Positions 13,901 to 27,300 of a DNA stretch of 64,000 nucleotides are shown piece after piece; position 1 is the stretch's first letter; each line of letters opens with the position of its first letter. The position numbers and the translations under genes are program-made. This DNA is from Octopus sinensis (taxonomy: Eukaryota): positions 81,530,001 to 81,594,000 of the forward strand of contig NC_043004.1 in assembly GCF_006345805.1 (NCBI RefSeq). The letters are read 5' to 3'. Below the pieces are notes generated by a model. The model was not told the origin of the DNA, ran no database searches, and saw only the letters and a list, made by a program, of their open reading frames with translations.

Positions 13901-16900
13901 CACAATCACTGCAACATCTGACACATCACTCCACAATCACTTCAACATCTAACGCATCACTCCACAATCACTCCACAATCACTTCAACATCTGACGCATC
14001 ACTCCACAATCACTCCACAATCACTTCAACATCTGACGCATCACTCCACAATCACTCCACAATCACTCAACATCTGACGCATCACTCCACAATCACTCCA
14101 CAATCACTTCAACATCTAACGCATCACTCCACAATCACTTCAACATCTGACGCATCACTCCACAATCACTTCAACATCTGACACATCACTCCACAATCAC
14201 TGCAACATCTGACACATCACTCCACAATCACTTCAACATCTGACGCATCACTCCACAATCACTCCACAATCACTTCAACATCTGACGCATCACTCCACAA
14301 TCACTCCACAATCACTTCAACATCTAACGCATCACTCCACAATCACTCCACAATCACTTCAACATCTAACGCATCACTCCACAATCACTCCACAATCACT
14401 TCAACATCTGACACATCACTCCACAATCACTGCAACATCTGACACATCACTCCACAATCACTTCAACATCTAACGCATCACTCCACAATCACTCCACAAT
14501 CACTTCAACATCTGACGCATCACTCCACAATCACTCCACAATCACTTCAACATCTGACGCATCACTCCACAATCACTCCACAATCACTTCAACATCTGAC
14601 GCATCACTCCACAATCACTCCACAATCACTTCAACATCTAACGCATCACTCCACAATCACTTCAACATCTGACGCATCACTCCACAATCACTTCAACATC
14701 TGACACATCACTCCACAATCACTGCAACATCTGACACATCACTCCACAATCACTTCAACATCTGATGCATCACTCCACAATCACTTCAACATCTAACGCA
14801 TCACTCCACAATCACTCCACAATCACTTCAACATCTGACGCATCACTCCACAATCACTCCACAATCACTTCAACATCTGACGCATCACTCCACAATCACT
14901 CCACAATCACTTCAACATCTGACGCATCACTCCACAATCACTCCACAATCACTTCAACATCTAACGCATCACTCCACAATCACTTCAACATCTGACGCAT
15001 CACTCCACAATCACTTCAACATCTGACACATCACTCCACAATCACTGCAACATCTGACACATCACTCCACAATCACTTCAACATCTGATGCATCACTCCA
15101 CAATCACTTCAACATCTAACGCATCACTCCACAATCACTCCACAATCACTTCAACATCTAACGCATCACTCCACAATCACTCCACAATCACTTCAACATC
15201 TGACGCATCACTCCACAATCACTCCACAATCATTCAACATCTGATGCATCACTCCACAATCACTCCACATCATTCAACATCTGACACATCACTCAACATC
15301 TGACACATCACTCCACAATCACTCAACATCTGACACATCACTCCACAATCACTTCAACAACTGACGCATGGCACACCGTGCATCTGTTCAGGCAACATCA
15401 ATTTAATGGAGAGAGAGAGCTAATGCACAGCACATGTATTTGGTCATTATAAACAAATCATTCGTGCAAGTTGTTCAGCACAACAGCATTCAGGTAGAAG
15501 TGATTAAATCCTGTTTTCTGATTGGGTAAAAATTTATTCCATTATTTGTTTCAGTCATTTGACTGTGGCCATGCTGGAGGACTGCCTTTTATCGAACAAA
15601 TCAACCCTTGGACTTACTCTTTGTAAACCTCGTACTTATTCTATCGGTCTCTTTAGCCGAACTGCTAAGTTACAGGGACATAAACACACCAATATCAGGT
15701 GTCAGTTGATGGTGGAGGAACAAACACAGACACACAAATGCATACACACACACACACACACACACATGCACACACTCACACACACATATATATATATATA
15801 TATGCAACAGGCTTCTCTCAGTTTCCATCTACCAAATCCATTCACAAGGCTTTGGTCGGCCCGAGGCTATAATAGAAGACACTTGCCCAAGGTGCCACAC
15901 AGTGGGACTGAACCCGGAACCATGTGGTTAGAAAGCAAGTTTCTTCCCACACAGCCACTCCTGCTTCTGATCATTTTGACTCTGTAACATTTTTCTTAAA
16001 TTTTTCTGGAACAATTTGAATCACAAGATTAGATTCAGCATGAAAAAGATTACATTGACATACCAATTTGAAAATTTTCTCTTAATCTTAAAATTTCAAT
16101 AATTGTGAATGAAACAGAAAAGATTTGACCTGACCTTTTGCTCAGTGAAATTTTCCAATAATTACTTCTGTTTTCATAACATAGGACTCCTTCAAAGGAT
16201 GAAGAAAGGAAAACAAGAAAGAGGTAAGACATACTCTGCTCATACTCACATCCATTCATTCACACATATGCCCCCCCTCTCTCTCTATCTCTCTCTTTCA
16301 CACACTCTCTGTTTCTCACACACATACACACACACAGAGTCTCTCTTTCACACTCTCTCACACACACACACATGCACACACATAGTCTCTCTCCCTCTCT
16401 GGGGTGAACAAAACTGACATACCTGTCTCTCTGAAATTGCTGGCCTTGTGCCAAAAGTTGAAATGAGCATTATTCTTTTATTTGTTTCAGTCATTTGACT
16501 GCGGCCATGCTGGAGCACCGCGTTTTTTTAGTAGGACAAATCAACCCCAAGACTTACTCTTTGTAAGCCTAGTACTTATTCTATCGGTCTCTTTTGCCGA
16601 ATTGCTAAGTTATATTGGGCATAAACACACCAACATCAGTTGCCAAGTGACAGTGTGGGGACAAATACACACACAATCACACACACACACACACACATAT
16701 ACATGCATATATATATATTCGACAGGCTTCTTTCAGTTTCTGTCTACCAAATCCACTCATGGAATGCTTTGATTGTCCCGATGCTATAGTAGAAGACACT
16801 CACACAAGGTGTCACACAGTGGGACTGAACCCAGAACCCTGTGGTTGGGAAGCAAGCTTCTCACCACACAACCACTCCTGCGCCTATTATATTGAATTAT

Positions 16901-19692
16901 AAATTAATGTTATGCTCAAATTTTCTAATAAGATGTCTTTAATATTTTACAGAATCCCAACTTTTAAAGGAAGGTTACCCAGCCTACACCACCTCCTGCG
17001 GATGGCTGGGATATCCAGATGACAAGATCCGTCAGGTAAAACTATAACACTATTAAATATTCTTTCTGTTTTCCATGTCACACATTAGACTGTAAATATA
17101 TTGGTGTACAAATCAGATAGAATTGGTTGCATCATATGCCTTTTCATACCAATCCACTCATGACCAACCCTTCTTCCCCTATCACCGGTCTGGAACCCCT
17201 ATCTTGCTCAGGATATTAATCGTCTGGAAGCCGTTCAGCGACGTGCAACCAAGAGAATACCCTCCATCAGGTATTTTCCATATTCTGAACGCCTTACTTC
17301 CCTGGGCATGGATACATTGAAACTCCAACGTCTGACAGCTGACTTCGCAGACACCCATAAAATTATTAACCATCTTACTAACAATAGCTCTGAGCCCCTT
17401 TTCAAACTCCACCTGTCTAACACCCATGGACATGATTACAAAATCAGAAAACAGCACAGCTCCCATGACTTTCAGAAACATTTTTTCATGCTAACAGTTG
17501 CTGAAGTATAGAACAAACTGCCGGCATCAGTTGTTAGTTGTCGGAGCACTGCATCCTTCAAAACTTCCATGCTTCCTGAGATTCGCCAACACTACACCTG
17601 ATTTTCTCCCCTCCATACACATGCAAGCATGTATCTGACTCATACACTGTTCACTTCCCAGACATTTGTCCATTACTGCAAATGCTTTATATGCATTTTT
17701 GACAACTTGTGGTGCACCTGATCACTGTATACAATAATTTCATTATTATTATTATAAAGTATCAAACTTTATTTTTTTCCTTGCTAAAACTAATGCCATG
17801 AGGGTAAAATCCTTTGGATGGTAAATGACGCCACTCTTCGTGCACATGCATGAAAATTTTTGTGTTGGTAGGCTGTGTCAGTTCCTGGCTGTTATAACCA
17901 GAGTACAGCTATGTAGTGGGTGCTTGTCGGATTTTTGTTTTTGGCCAAATGCACCAAGCAGAGGTGGTGCACCAAGTTTTTCCAAAAGCTCAGTGATACT
18001 CAAACTCAAATCATCTGGAAGATTTAGCAGGCCTTTGGCAATGATGCTACGAGCAAAGCTCAGATCAAAGAATGGTACAACTGCTTCAAACATGGCCACA
18101 CCTCAGAGGACAGTGAGGTATGCGCAGGCAGGCCATCCAGCCATCCACAAGTCAAAATGAAGAACTGATTGGGAAGTTTGAGCTAATAGTCATGGAAGAC
18201 AGTCGTTTAACAATCCAGGAAATTACTCATGAAGTGGGAATAAGCACAGGGTCAGTGCATTCCATTTTAATGGAGGATTTATGCATGTGGGGAATATCTG
18301 ATGAGATTTGTCCCAAAGCACTGGTAAAGCAGCAGAAGCATCTCCACATGCAAAATGCTCAGGGCCTGCTGGACTGTGCAAACCATGATGCAGACTTTAT
18401 GAAGACCCACATCACTGGTGATGAGACATTGGTTTTTGGTCTCAGCTTGATGTGTTTGGTCATCTTGTATGAAAACGAAAATCTGACAAGCGTTCGCTGG
18501 ATGTCTATATTCTAGGAGTAACAGTTTATAACTGACATGGCCTACCAGCACGAAAATTTTTTAGCATGCACTGGAAATGCAGCGTTACCAACCACCCAAA
18601 GGATTTTGCTCACGTAGCATTGGTTTTGGCAGGAACAAATAAAGTTGGATATATTGGGTTGTCTGGAAAGTTCGTGCTGATTTTTCAAGGAAAGAGAAAG
18701 GTCAATAAATACTTTTAATCAACCAAACATGAAACATTTTGTTGCACAATGTGTCTCCATCTTTCCTTTAACTTGAAAATACCCTCTTCCCAGAATTGAG
18801 GTGGTTTCATGGCAAAGAATTCATCAAGGTATCTTTTTATGTCATCCGAGGAATTGAAATTTTTACCATTAAGACTATTCTGCAGAGACCTGAATAAGAG
18901 GAAATCCGAAGGAGCAATATCTGGTGAATATGGAGGGTGGGGTAACACATCCCAGCCAAGCTGCAGCAATTTTTGTCTGGTTCCCAAATCATCAAGTGCC
19001 GAAAATGAACTTTCTTCTCTTCCATTTTAAAGGGTTACAGGATTAACACAGTTTATAGGGACATAAATCTTCTGCCACGAAAAGATACCTTAAACTGTGC
19101 TCTAAATGGAGGTGTAGTGAAATCCTATTTTATGGATTCAACCATATACTAAAATAAGTCAAAAGATAAGCTACTATAAATCAGCACAAACTTTCCGGAC
19201 AACCCAATATTTTGAACACACCTCATACATGCTTCTTGCTTTAAAATGATCTAAACTTTAAACTTTCGTCAAAATTCCATATGTATTTCATGTTCCAAAC
19301 ATTGGTTTAATAATTTTTTCTGCTCTGGGCTGACGGTCTGGAATTTGGGGATGGTGGGTGCTGGGGGCTAGTCGATTACATCAACCCATGCTTTAAACCT
19401 TCCATACTTCCTGAAATCCACCAACAGTACACTTGATGCTGCCCACTGCCAAACTGTGCTGATGGCATGTGTAAAAAGATTTGAGTGAGGTCAATGCCAG
19501 TACTGCCCGACTGGCCCCCGTGCCGGTGGCACGTAAAAAGCACCCCCTATGCTCTCGGAGTGGTTGGCGTCAGAAAGGGCATCCAGCTGTAGAAACTTTG
19601 CCAGATCAAGATTGGAGCCTGGTGTGCCGTCTGGTTCACCAGCCCTCAGTCAAAATCGTTCAACCCATGCCAGCATGGAAGGCAGACATTAA

Positions 19693-19724
<32 letters not shown>

Positions 19725-20978
19725 TTCACTGTTCATTTCCTGTGCTTTGTTCTCTGTATCTTTGGTTACCTTTTGGTTACTTTCTCTGATGAGTTGTAGC
19801 ACACCTGAGAACTGTGAACAATAAGTTCTTTATTACTATTGTGAAACAAGGTAACAAAAATGGTTTTGAAATAGGAACAACATTAGTCAATGAGGGAGCT
19901 TCTACATAACCAACAGACAAATCTCCCTCTCATTAAATTCCTTACTGTCTTCAGGTCTTTTGATACCAACTCATCTGAGACAATTCCTGGTTCTATGATA
20001 CAAATTTCCTGTTTTAAAGTAACTTAATTTAGAACTTTCCATCAAAATTTCATGTTCCAAACATCAGCTTAAGAACGTCAAAGATATTTTAGTCAATTTT
20101 TCATCCTTTTCAAAACTTATTGAACCAAAGACAATGTATTTCAACAGAAAAGTTTAAACATTCTTGTTTTACCATTTCAGCTTTGTAGAGAAGCGCTTGC
20201 TGAAGGATTCACACAGTAAGTAAAGACAGTCTTCTATTTATCCATAATTCAGATGTTGAATTCTTCTTCTTCTTCTTCTTCTTCTTCTTCTTCTTCTTCT
20301 TCTTCTTCTTCTTCTTCTTCTTTTCTTCTTTTCTTCTTCTTCTTCTTCTTCTCTTCTTCTCTTCTTCTTCTCTTCTTCTCTTTTTCTTTTCTTCTTCTTC
20401 TCTCTTCTTCCTTTCTCTTTCTCTCTTTCTCCCTTTCTCTCTTTATCCCCCCTCCCCCCTCTCTCTCCACCTGTAATGTACTTACACACATGACACTTTC
20501 CATGTGGTTGAGAAACAAGTTTCTTACCATACAACCACTCCTGCACTTTATATATATATATATAATATATATATATATGTATTCATGTATCTTTGTGTAT
20601 ATGTATGCATGTACGATGTATGTGTGTATGTGTGCATGCATCTGTGCGGTGTGCGTGTATGTATGTTTGCATGTATGTGTGTGGTGTGTGATGGTGTGTA
20701 CAAAGATATTTATAGCAATGTGTGGATGTGTATTCATGCACCTTGTCCCTATAAAATAATCCAAAATCATCTCCCAATATTTCCAACAGATTTAAAGCCA
20801 AGGTCGGATCTAACTTGGAAGACGACAAAAGAAGATGTCAGATTATCCGTGAACAGATTGGGTTTAACAACATTTTGGTTGGTATTTGGTTTAGTTATTA
20901 TCCTCTTCCTCCTCATGATCATCATCATCATCATCATCATCATTGTCGTCATCGTCATCATCATCATCATCATCATCA

Positions 20979-21017
<39 letters not shown>

Positions 21018-21712
21018 TATGTTTGACTTTTGCTTTATATTTTGTACAAGTTGGCTCCAAGTCTCACCCAGAGACCTCAAGAGACAACAGGTTGGAAGTT
21101 CATGTTGTTGTTATGCCTAGTGTGCCATATATTTGGTTTTGTATTTAGTGTTGTACTAGTGAATGTCAAAAAAAAAAATTATACCAGTGAAACTCTGGGG
21201 TCAATCTAATTTACTCAACCCTTCCCCCAAAACTGCTGTCCTTGTGGCAAAATTTGAAACCATTATCATTATTATTATTATTATTGTTGTTAAAGTGGCA
21301 ATCTGGCAGAATCGTTAGCATGCCGGGCAAAATGCTTGGCAGTATTTCGTCTGTTTTTATGTTCTAAGTTCAACTTCCGCCAAGGTTGATTTTGCCTTTC
21401 ATCCTATCAAGGTCGATGAAATAAATATCTGCTGAACTCTGGTACCTACATTAATGATAATAATGTTGTCACCTGAGATAATTTAACCTTTAATTTTTTG
21501 GAAAAACTTAAAAGCTAATATAGTAACAGAATGTTGATGAAAAATAATAGATATAGGCACAGGAGTGGAAGTGTGGTAAGTGGCTTGCTTACCAACCACA
21601 TGGTTCTGGGTTAAGTCCCACTGCGTGGCACCTTGGGCAAGTGTCTTCTACTATAGCCTCAGGCCGACCAAAAGCGAGTGGATTTGGTAGATGGAAACTG
21701 AAAGAAGTCCAT

Positions 21713-21751
<39 letters not shown>

Positions 21752-24325
21752 CTGTTTGTCTCCCCCACCTTTGCTTGAGAACGAATGTTGGTGTGTTTAC
21801 GTCCCCATAACATAGTGGTTCGGCAAAAGAGACCAATAGAATAAGTCCTAGACTTACAAAGAATAAGTCAATTTGTTCAACTAAAGTTGATACTCCAGCA
21901 TGGCCACACTCAGATGACTGAAACAAATAAAAGAATCTCTCCAATAAATGATTTGATTCAAAAGTATTATTAATTGATTATAAATATTGATTTCCATGTT
22001 TAGATGGTTGATGCCAATCAAAAATGGGAAGTACAGGAAGCAATTGATTGGATGAAAGAATTGGCTGAATACAAACCTCTGTGGATTGAAGAACCAACAA
22101 GTCCTGATGATATTGCTGGACATGCTCTGATTAGTCAAGTAAGTTTACATCACAAATTCTTACACATAACTAAATATTTGGTTGTTCCGAAAATACTGGC
22201 CGTTCTACGTGTTGTGTTTTGAAATGCAATTTTATCACAATATTTTAATTATATTTTAGGTGAATTTTGACTTACTTAATAATTGATGTATACTCTTTAA
22301 TAGTTTTCTACTTATTTCAGACAGAAAACATTCTTGAAGCATAGGCGCCCTTAATTATGAACATGACAAAAAAGAACCTTTGCTTACTTTTCTCGCATCA
22401 GTTCAAGCTTGGGCACAATGCCTGCCAAACTGCTGCAAATATCAATAGAGCATGGTGAGAAGGGTTCACAAGTGATCGCACAGTATAGAGGTGGTTTCAG
22501 AAATTCCATGAGAGCCTTGAAGAAGGTAGAAGATGGTCATGCAGTTTTGAATGACCAAGACCTGATGAACAATCGAGACCTGACGAATGACCGAGACCTG
22601 ACAATTGACTGAGACATGATGAATGACCGAGACCATGGCATTCTGTTGTGCTTGAGAAGAAGACCCATCAAGCCAAGTAAAATCACAGTCATAGCAGATA
22701 CCAGTGTCATGCAAAGGGCATTCATGCCAGTGGCATGTAAGAGCACCCATTACTCTCTCAAAGTGGTTGTCATTAGGAAGGGCATCCAGCTGTAGAAAGC
22801 CATGCCAAATCAAACTGGAGTCTGGTGCAACCTTCCAGCGTGCCCTGGTCAAACCATCCAACCCATACTAACATGGACAACAGACATTAAATGATGATGA
22901 TGATGATGATGATGATGATGGTATATGTGTAAAGTATAATATATGTAACAGATTGTTATGGTAACTAATCTTCCCTAGTAATTCATTTGCCAAAATAATG
23001 TTATTTCTTTAATTGCCAGAATCTCAGACCACTGAAGATTGGAATAGCCACTGGAGAACAATGTCAGAATCGAATCATGTTCAAACAATTCTTACAAGGA
23101 AAAGCCATGGATTTCTGTCAAATAGACAGTTGTCGTCTTGGAGGAGTAAACGAAAACCTTGCAGTCATTTTAATGGCAGCAAAATTCAAAAGTAAGAATT
23201 CTTAGAATAATCGAGTCTTTGAATTTGGTTTACAAGGTTTGTTATATGAACTCTTGTGTTGAAGCAGATTTTGTGGCATCTTGGGAGGGGCATTATGCCA
23301 AATATAAGTAATTACACACACACAGTTTCAATTTCACTTCTTTACTATTCACCAATTAGTCAGCTATTTAACCAAGCAACTAATCAATTATTTGATTGGT
23401 TATTTAGTCAATCAATCAGTCAGTTTTCTTTGCCAAAGTCCTTTTCTTGCTATTCATGACCTTTTCAGTGACATACTTTCTCTACTCCAGGTCAGCTTCT
23501 GGCAACAACAACTTAGAATTATTTCTTTCCATTTTGTTTAGTCATGTGATAGAGACAATGGCAATGACTTTCACAGGTTGCCCATGGCAACTGAAATTGG
23601 AATTGGCTGTGAGAAATAACTATTATAATGAAGAATTAATTGAGGTGGTGAGGTGAGGTGGAAGAAATGTTTGCACATGGGACAAAACATTTAGTGGCAT
23701 TTTGTCCAGTTCTTTACATTCTGAGTTCAAATCCTGCTGAAGTCAACTTTGCTTTCATCCTTTTGGGGTCAATGAAATAAATACAAGTTGAGTATTGGTG
23801 CAGGTGGTGTGTGTGGTGAGGGAGAAGCAAGATAATCAATTATGAGGGCAGCACGCTGGCAGAAACATTAGCACGCCGGGCGAAATGCTTAGCGGTATTT
23901 CGTCTGTCTTTACGTTCAGAGTTCAAATTCCACCAAGATCAACTTTACCTTTCATCCTTTTGGGGTCAATAAATTAAGTACCAGTTGTGTACTGGGGTCG
24001 AACTAATTGACTAACCCCCTCCCCCAAAATTTCAGGTCTTGTGCCTAGAGTAGAAAAGAATGTTTTAAAGCAGCAAGCTGGCAGAAACGTTAGCATGCCA
24101 GGCAAAATGCTTAGCAGTATTTCGTCTATCTTTACGTTCTGAGTTCAAAATTCCATTGAGGTCAACTTTGCCCTTCATCCTTTCGGTGTTGATAAATTAA
24201 GTACCAGTTGTGTACTGGGTTTGATCTAATCGACTGGCCCCCTTCCTAAAAATTTCGGGCTTTGTGCCTAGAGTAGAAAAGATTACTGTTATTATTATTA
24301 TTATTATTATTATCGTTATTATTAT

Positions 24326-24360
<35 letters not shown>

Positions 24361-27300
24361 TCTTGAAGGCTGACAGAATCATTAGATTGCCAGAAAAAAT
24401 GCCTTGCATTATTTCTTGTGACTCTTTACGTTCTGAGTTCAAATTCCGCCGTGGTCGACTTTGCCTTTCATCCTTTTGGGGGTCGATAAATTAAGTACCA
24501 GTTGTGTACGGGAGTCAATCTAATCAACTGGTCTCATCCCCCAAAATTTCAGGCCCTGTGCCTAGAGTAGAAAAGAATGTAATCAACTAATCCCATCCAC
24601 CAAAATTTCAGCTCTTCTGTCTAGATTAGAAGGGATTATTAAGAATTAATTATTTATCTTGTTCATTCACAGAAACCTCTAGAAAACTATTCCAGCTCTT
24701 TTACCTATTTCTTTACTACCCACAAGGGGCTATACACAGAGGGGACAAACAAGAACAGACAAACAGATTAAGTCTATTATATCGACCCTAGTGCGTAACT
24801 GGTACTTAATTTATCAACCCTGAAAGGATGAAAGGCAAAGTCAACCACAGCGTAATTTGAACTCAGAACGTAACGGCAGATGAAATACGGCTACACATTT
24901 CGTCCGGCGTGCTAATGCTTCTGCCAGCTCGCCACCTTATTCCAGCTCTTTTATTTTCCATGTATTTTTCTCTCTCGTTGTACAGTTCCTGTATGTCCGC
25001 ATGCTGGTGGTGTTGGTCTGTGTGAGCTGGTCCAACATCTTTCAATGTTTGATTATGTTTGTGTCTCAGGAAAACTCAGGTAATCCGCTTCTCTCTGTTT
25101 AGTTCTATTTCTGCAATTTAAAAGAATGGAGTGTGGTGGTATGGACATATGTTGAGGTGGGATGAGGATCATGTTCTGAGGAAAGTGTTTGAGTTTAGAG
25201 TGAATGAACTGCAAAAGCGAGGTCAACCAAAGAAAACGTGGAGGCGACAGGTGGAGGAGGGTATTAGGAGGGTTGGTTCGAGGAGGAAGGACACCCAAAA
25301 CTGGGCAAGGTGGTGAGATGGTGTGAGAGTGGTTGCTGTAAGAGTGAGGTAGATCTGGCCACCCCTGTTAATGGGGACAAATTCAGATTTAAAATAAAGA
25401 AAGAAAAGAAAAAGGATGATGATATACCAATCAGATATAAACCATCATATCATTGATTGGCTGGGCAACTTCCTATACACCCAGTCATCTTCTAACTCTT
25501 CCATCATTAATAAAACAATAATATTGTTAATATAATAAGTAACAGAAAAATGGTGAGCTGGCAGAATCCTTATCATGCGAGATTCTCAGCAGTATTTCAC
25601 CCATCTTTTCTTTCTGAGGTCAAATTCCACCAAGGTCAACTTTACCATTCATCTTTTCAGGGTCAATGCGTGTGCCACTTGACTGGCTCCTGTGCTGATG
25701 GCCTGTAAATAGCACCATTCGAGCAAGCGTGGTCGTTGCCAGTTCTGCCTGACTGGCTCCTGTGCCGATGGCACATAAAAAGCACCATTTGAGTGTGGTC
25801 GATGTCAGTGACACTTGACTGACTGACTGACACCTATGTAGGTGGCACGTAAGAAGCACTATTCGCACGTGGTCAATGCAAGTGCCACCTGACTTGCTCC
25901 CATGTCGGTGGCACATAAAAAGCACCATTCAAATGTGGTCGATGCCAGTGCCACTTGACTGCTTGCTGTACCAGTAACATGTAAAAAGCACCCACTACAC
26001 TCTTGTCTGGAGTGGTTGGCATTAGGAGGGCATTCAGCTGTAGAAACCTTGCCAGATCAGATTGGTGCCTGGTGCAGCCTCCTGCCTTGCCAGTCCTCAG
26101 TCAAACCGTCCAACCCATGCTAGCATGGAAAGTAGACGTTAAACAATGATGATGATGAGCACAAGGGTCAGTTTAATTGACTCAGCCCCTTCCCCCAAAC
26201 TTGTTGGCCTTGTGCTAAAATTTGAAATAAATATAAGTCACAAAGAACACATAATGGGATTTAAGCTGATTAAATTTTCACCGCAAAAAGCTTATGATGT
26301 TTGTGCTAATGTGAACAATATGTACTCTTTTACTCTTTTATTTGTTTCAGTAATTTGACTGCGACCATGCTGGAGCACCACTTTTTTTAAGTCGAACAAA
26401 TCGACCCCAGGACTCATTGTTTGTAAGCCTAGTGCTTATTCTATCGGTGTCTTTTACTGACCCGCTAAGTTATGGGGACATAAACACACCAGCATTAGTT
26501 GTCAAGCAATGATAGGGGGACAAACACAGACACACAAATACATACATATATATATATATATACATATGTGTGTGTGTGTGTGTGTGAAGGGCTTCTTCCA
26601 GTTTCTGTCTGCCAAATCCACTCACAAGAATTTGGTCAACCCGAGGCTAGAGCAAAAGACACTTGCCCAAGATGCTACACAGTGAGACTGAACCTAGAAC
26701 CATGTGGTTGGTAAGCCAGCTACTTACCACACAGCCACTCCTGCACCTATATGCTTTATGTATTCGTATATCTCTTTACCCATTATTCGTTGTCCTCCAT
26801 GTAAATATAATCATGAATATATATATAGTCTGTTGCTAGGCAACAAGCTAGCAGAATCATTAGCATACCAGACAAAATGCTTGGCGGCATTTCATCCATC
26901 TTTATGTTCAGAGCTCAGATTCCACCAAGGTAGACTTTGCCTTTCGTTCTTTCGGGGTTAATATAATAAATACCAGTTGAACAGTAGGGTTTGATGCAAT
27001 CTACTTACCCCTCTTCTGAAATTTCTGGCCTTGTGCTAAAAATCTGAAACCAACGTTTATTCCATTGCAAAGCAGATCTTAGCCGAATATTGCTTCTTTT
27101 TATTTCAGAGTTATAGAATATGTGAATCATTTACATGAGCATTTCTTGGATCCGGTTCAAATAAGGAATGGATGCTACCAAGTTCCATTAGTAAGTTTTT
27201 CAGTATTTACTTTTATACATGCTTTTATCCACACACACACACTTATACATGCACACATATACATATACATATCAGGTCCAGTTTAACCCTTTGAGCTCTG

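Noticed and set aside
5750-15303. His/Ser/Thr-rich ORFs (HHSTITQHL / [10 protein letters not shown]) as a metal-binding or structural protein
   Set aside because: They arise because the 30-nt unit is open in two frames; 31- and 41-nt units shift the frame constantly, and there are almost no donor sites to make exons.
5639-15369. CRISPR-like regular array
   Set aside because: No unique spacers: the whole unit repeats. No cas genes, and the context is a eukaryotic intron.
19775-19860. Possible hammerhead (CTGATGAG ... GAAAC)
   Set aside because: Stem II does not pair and there is no NUH/stem III arrangement; at best a highly decayed remnant.
20238-21148. Cluster of 80-214-aa low-complexity ORFs
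   Set aside because: Products of (TTC)n, (TA)n, (TG)n, (CAT)n and (ATT)n; only 20790-20877 is a real exon.
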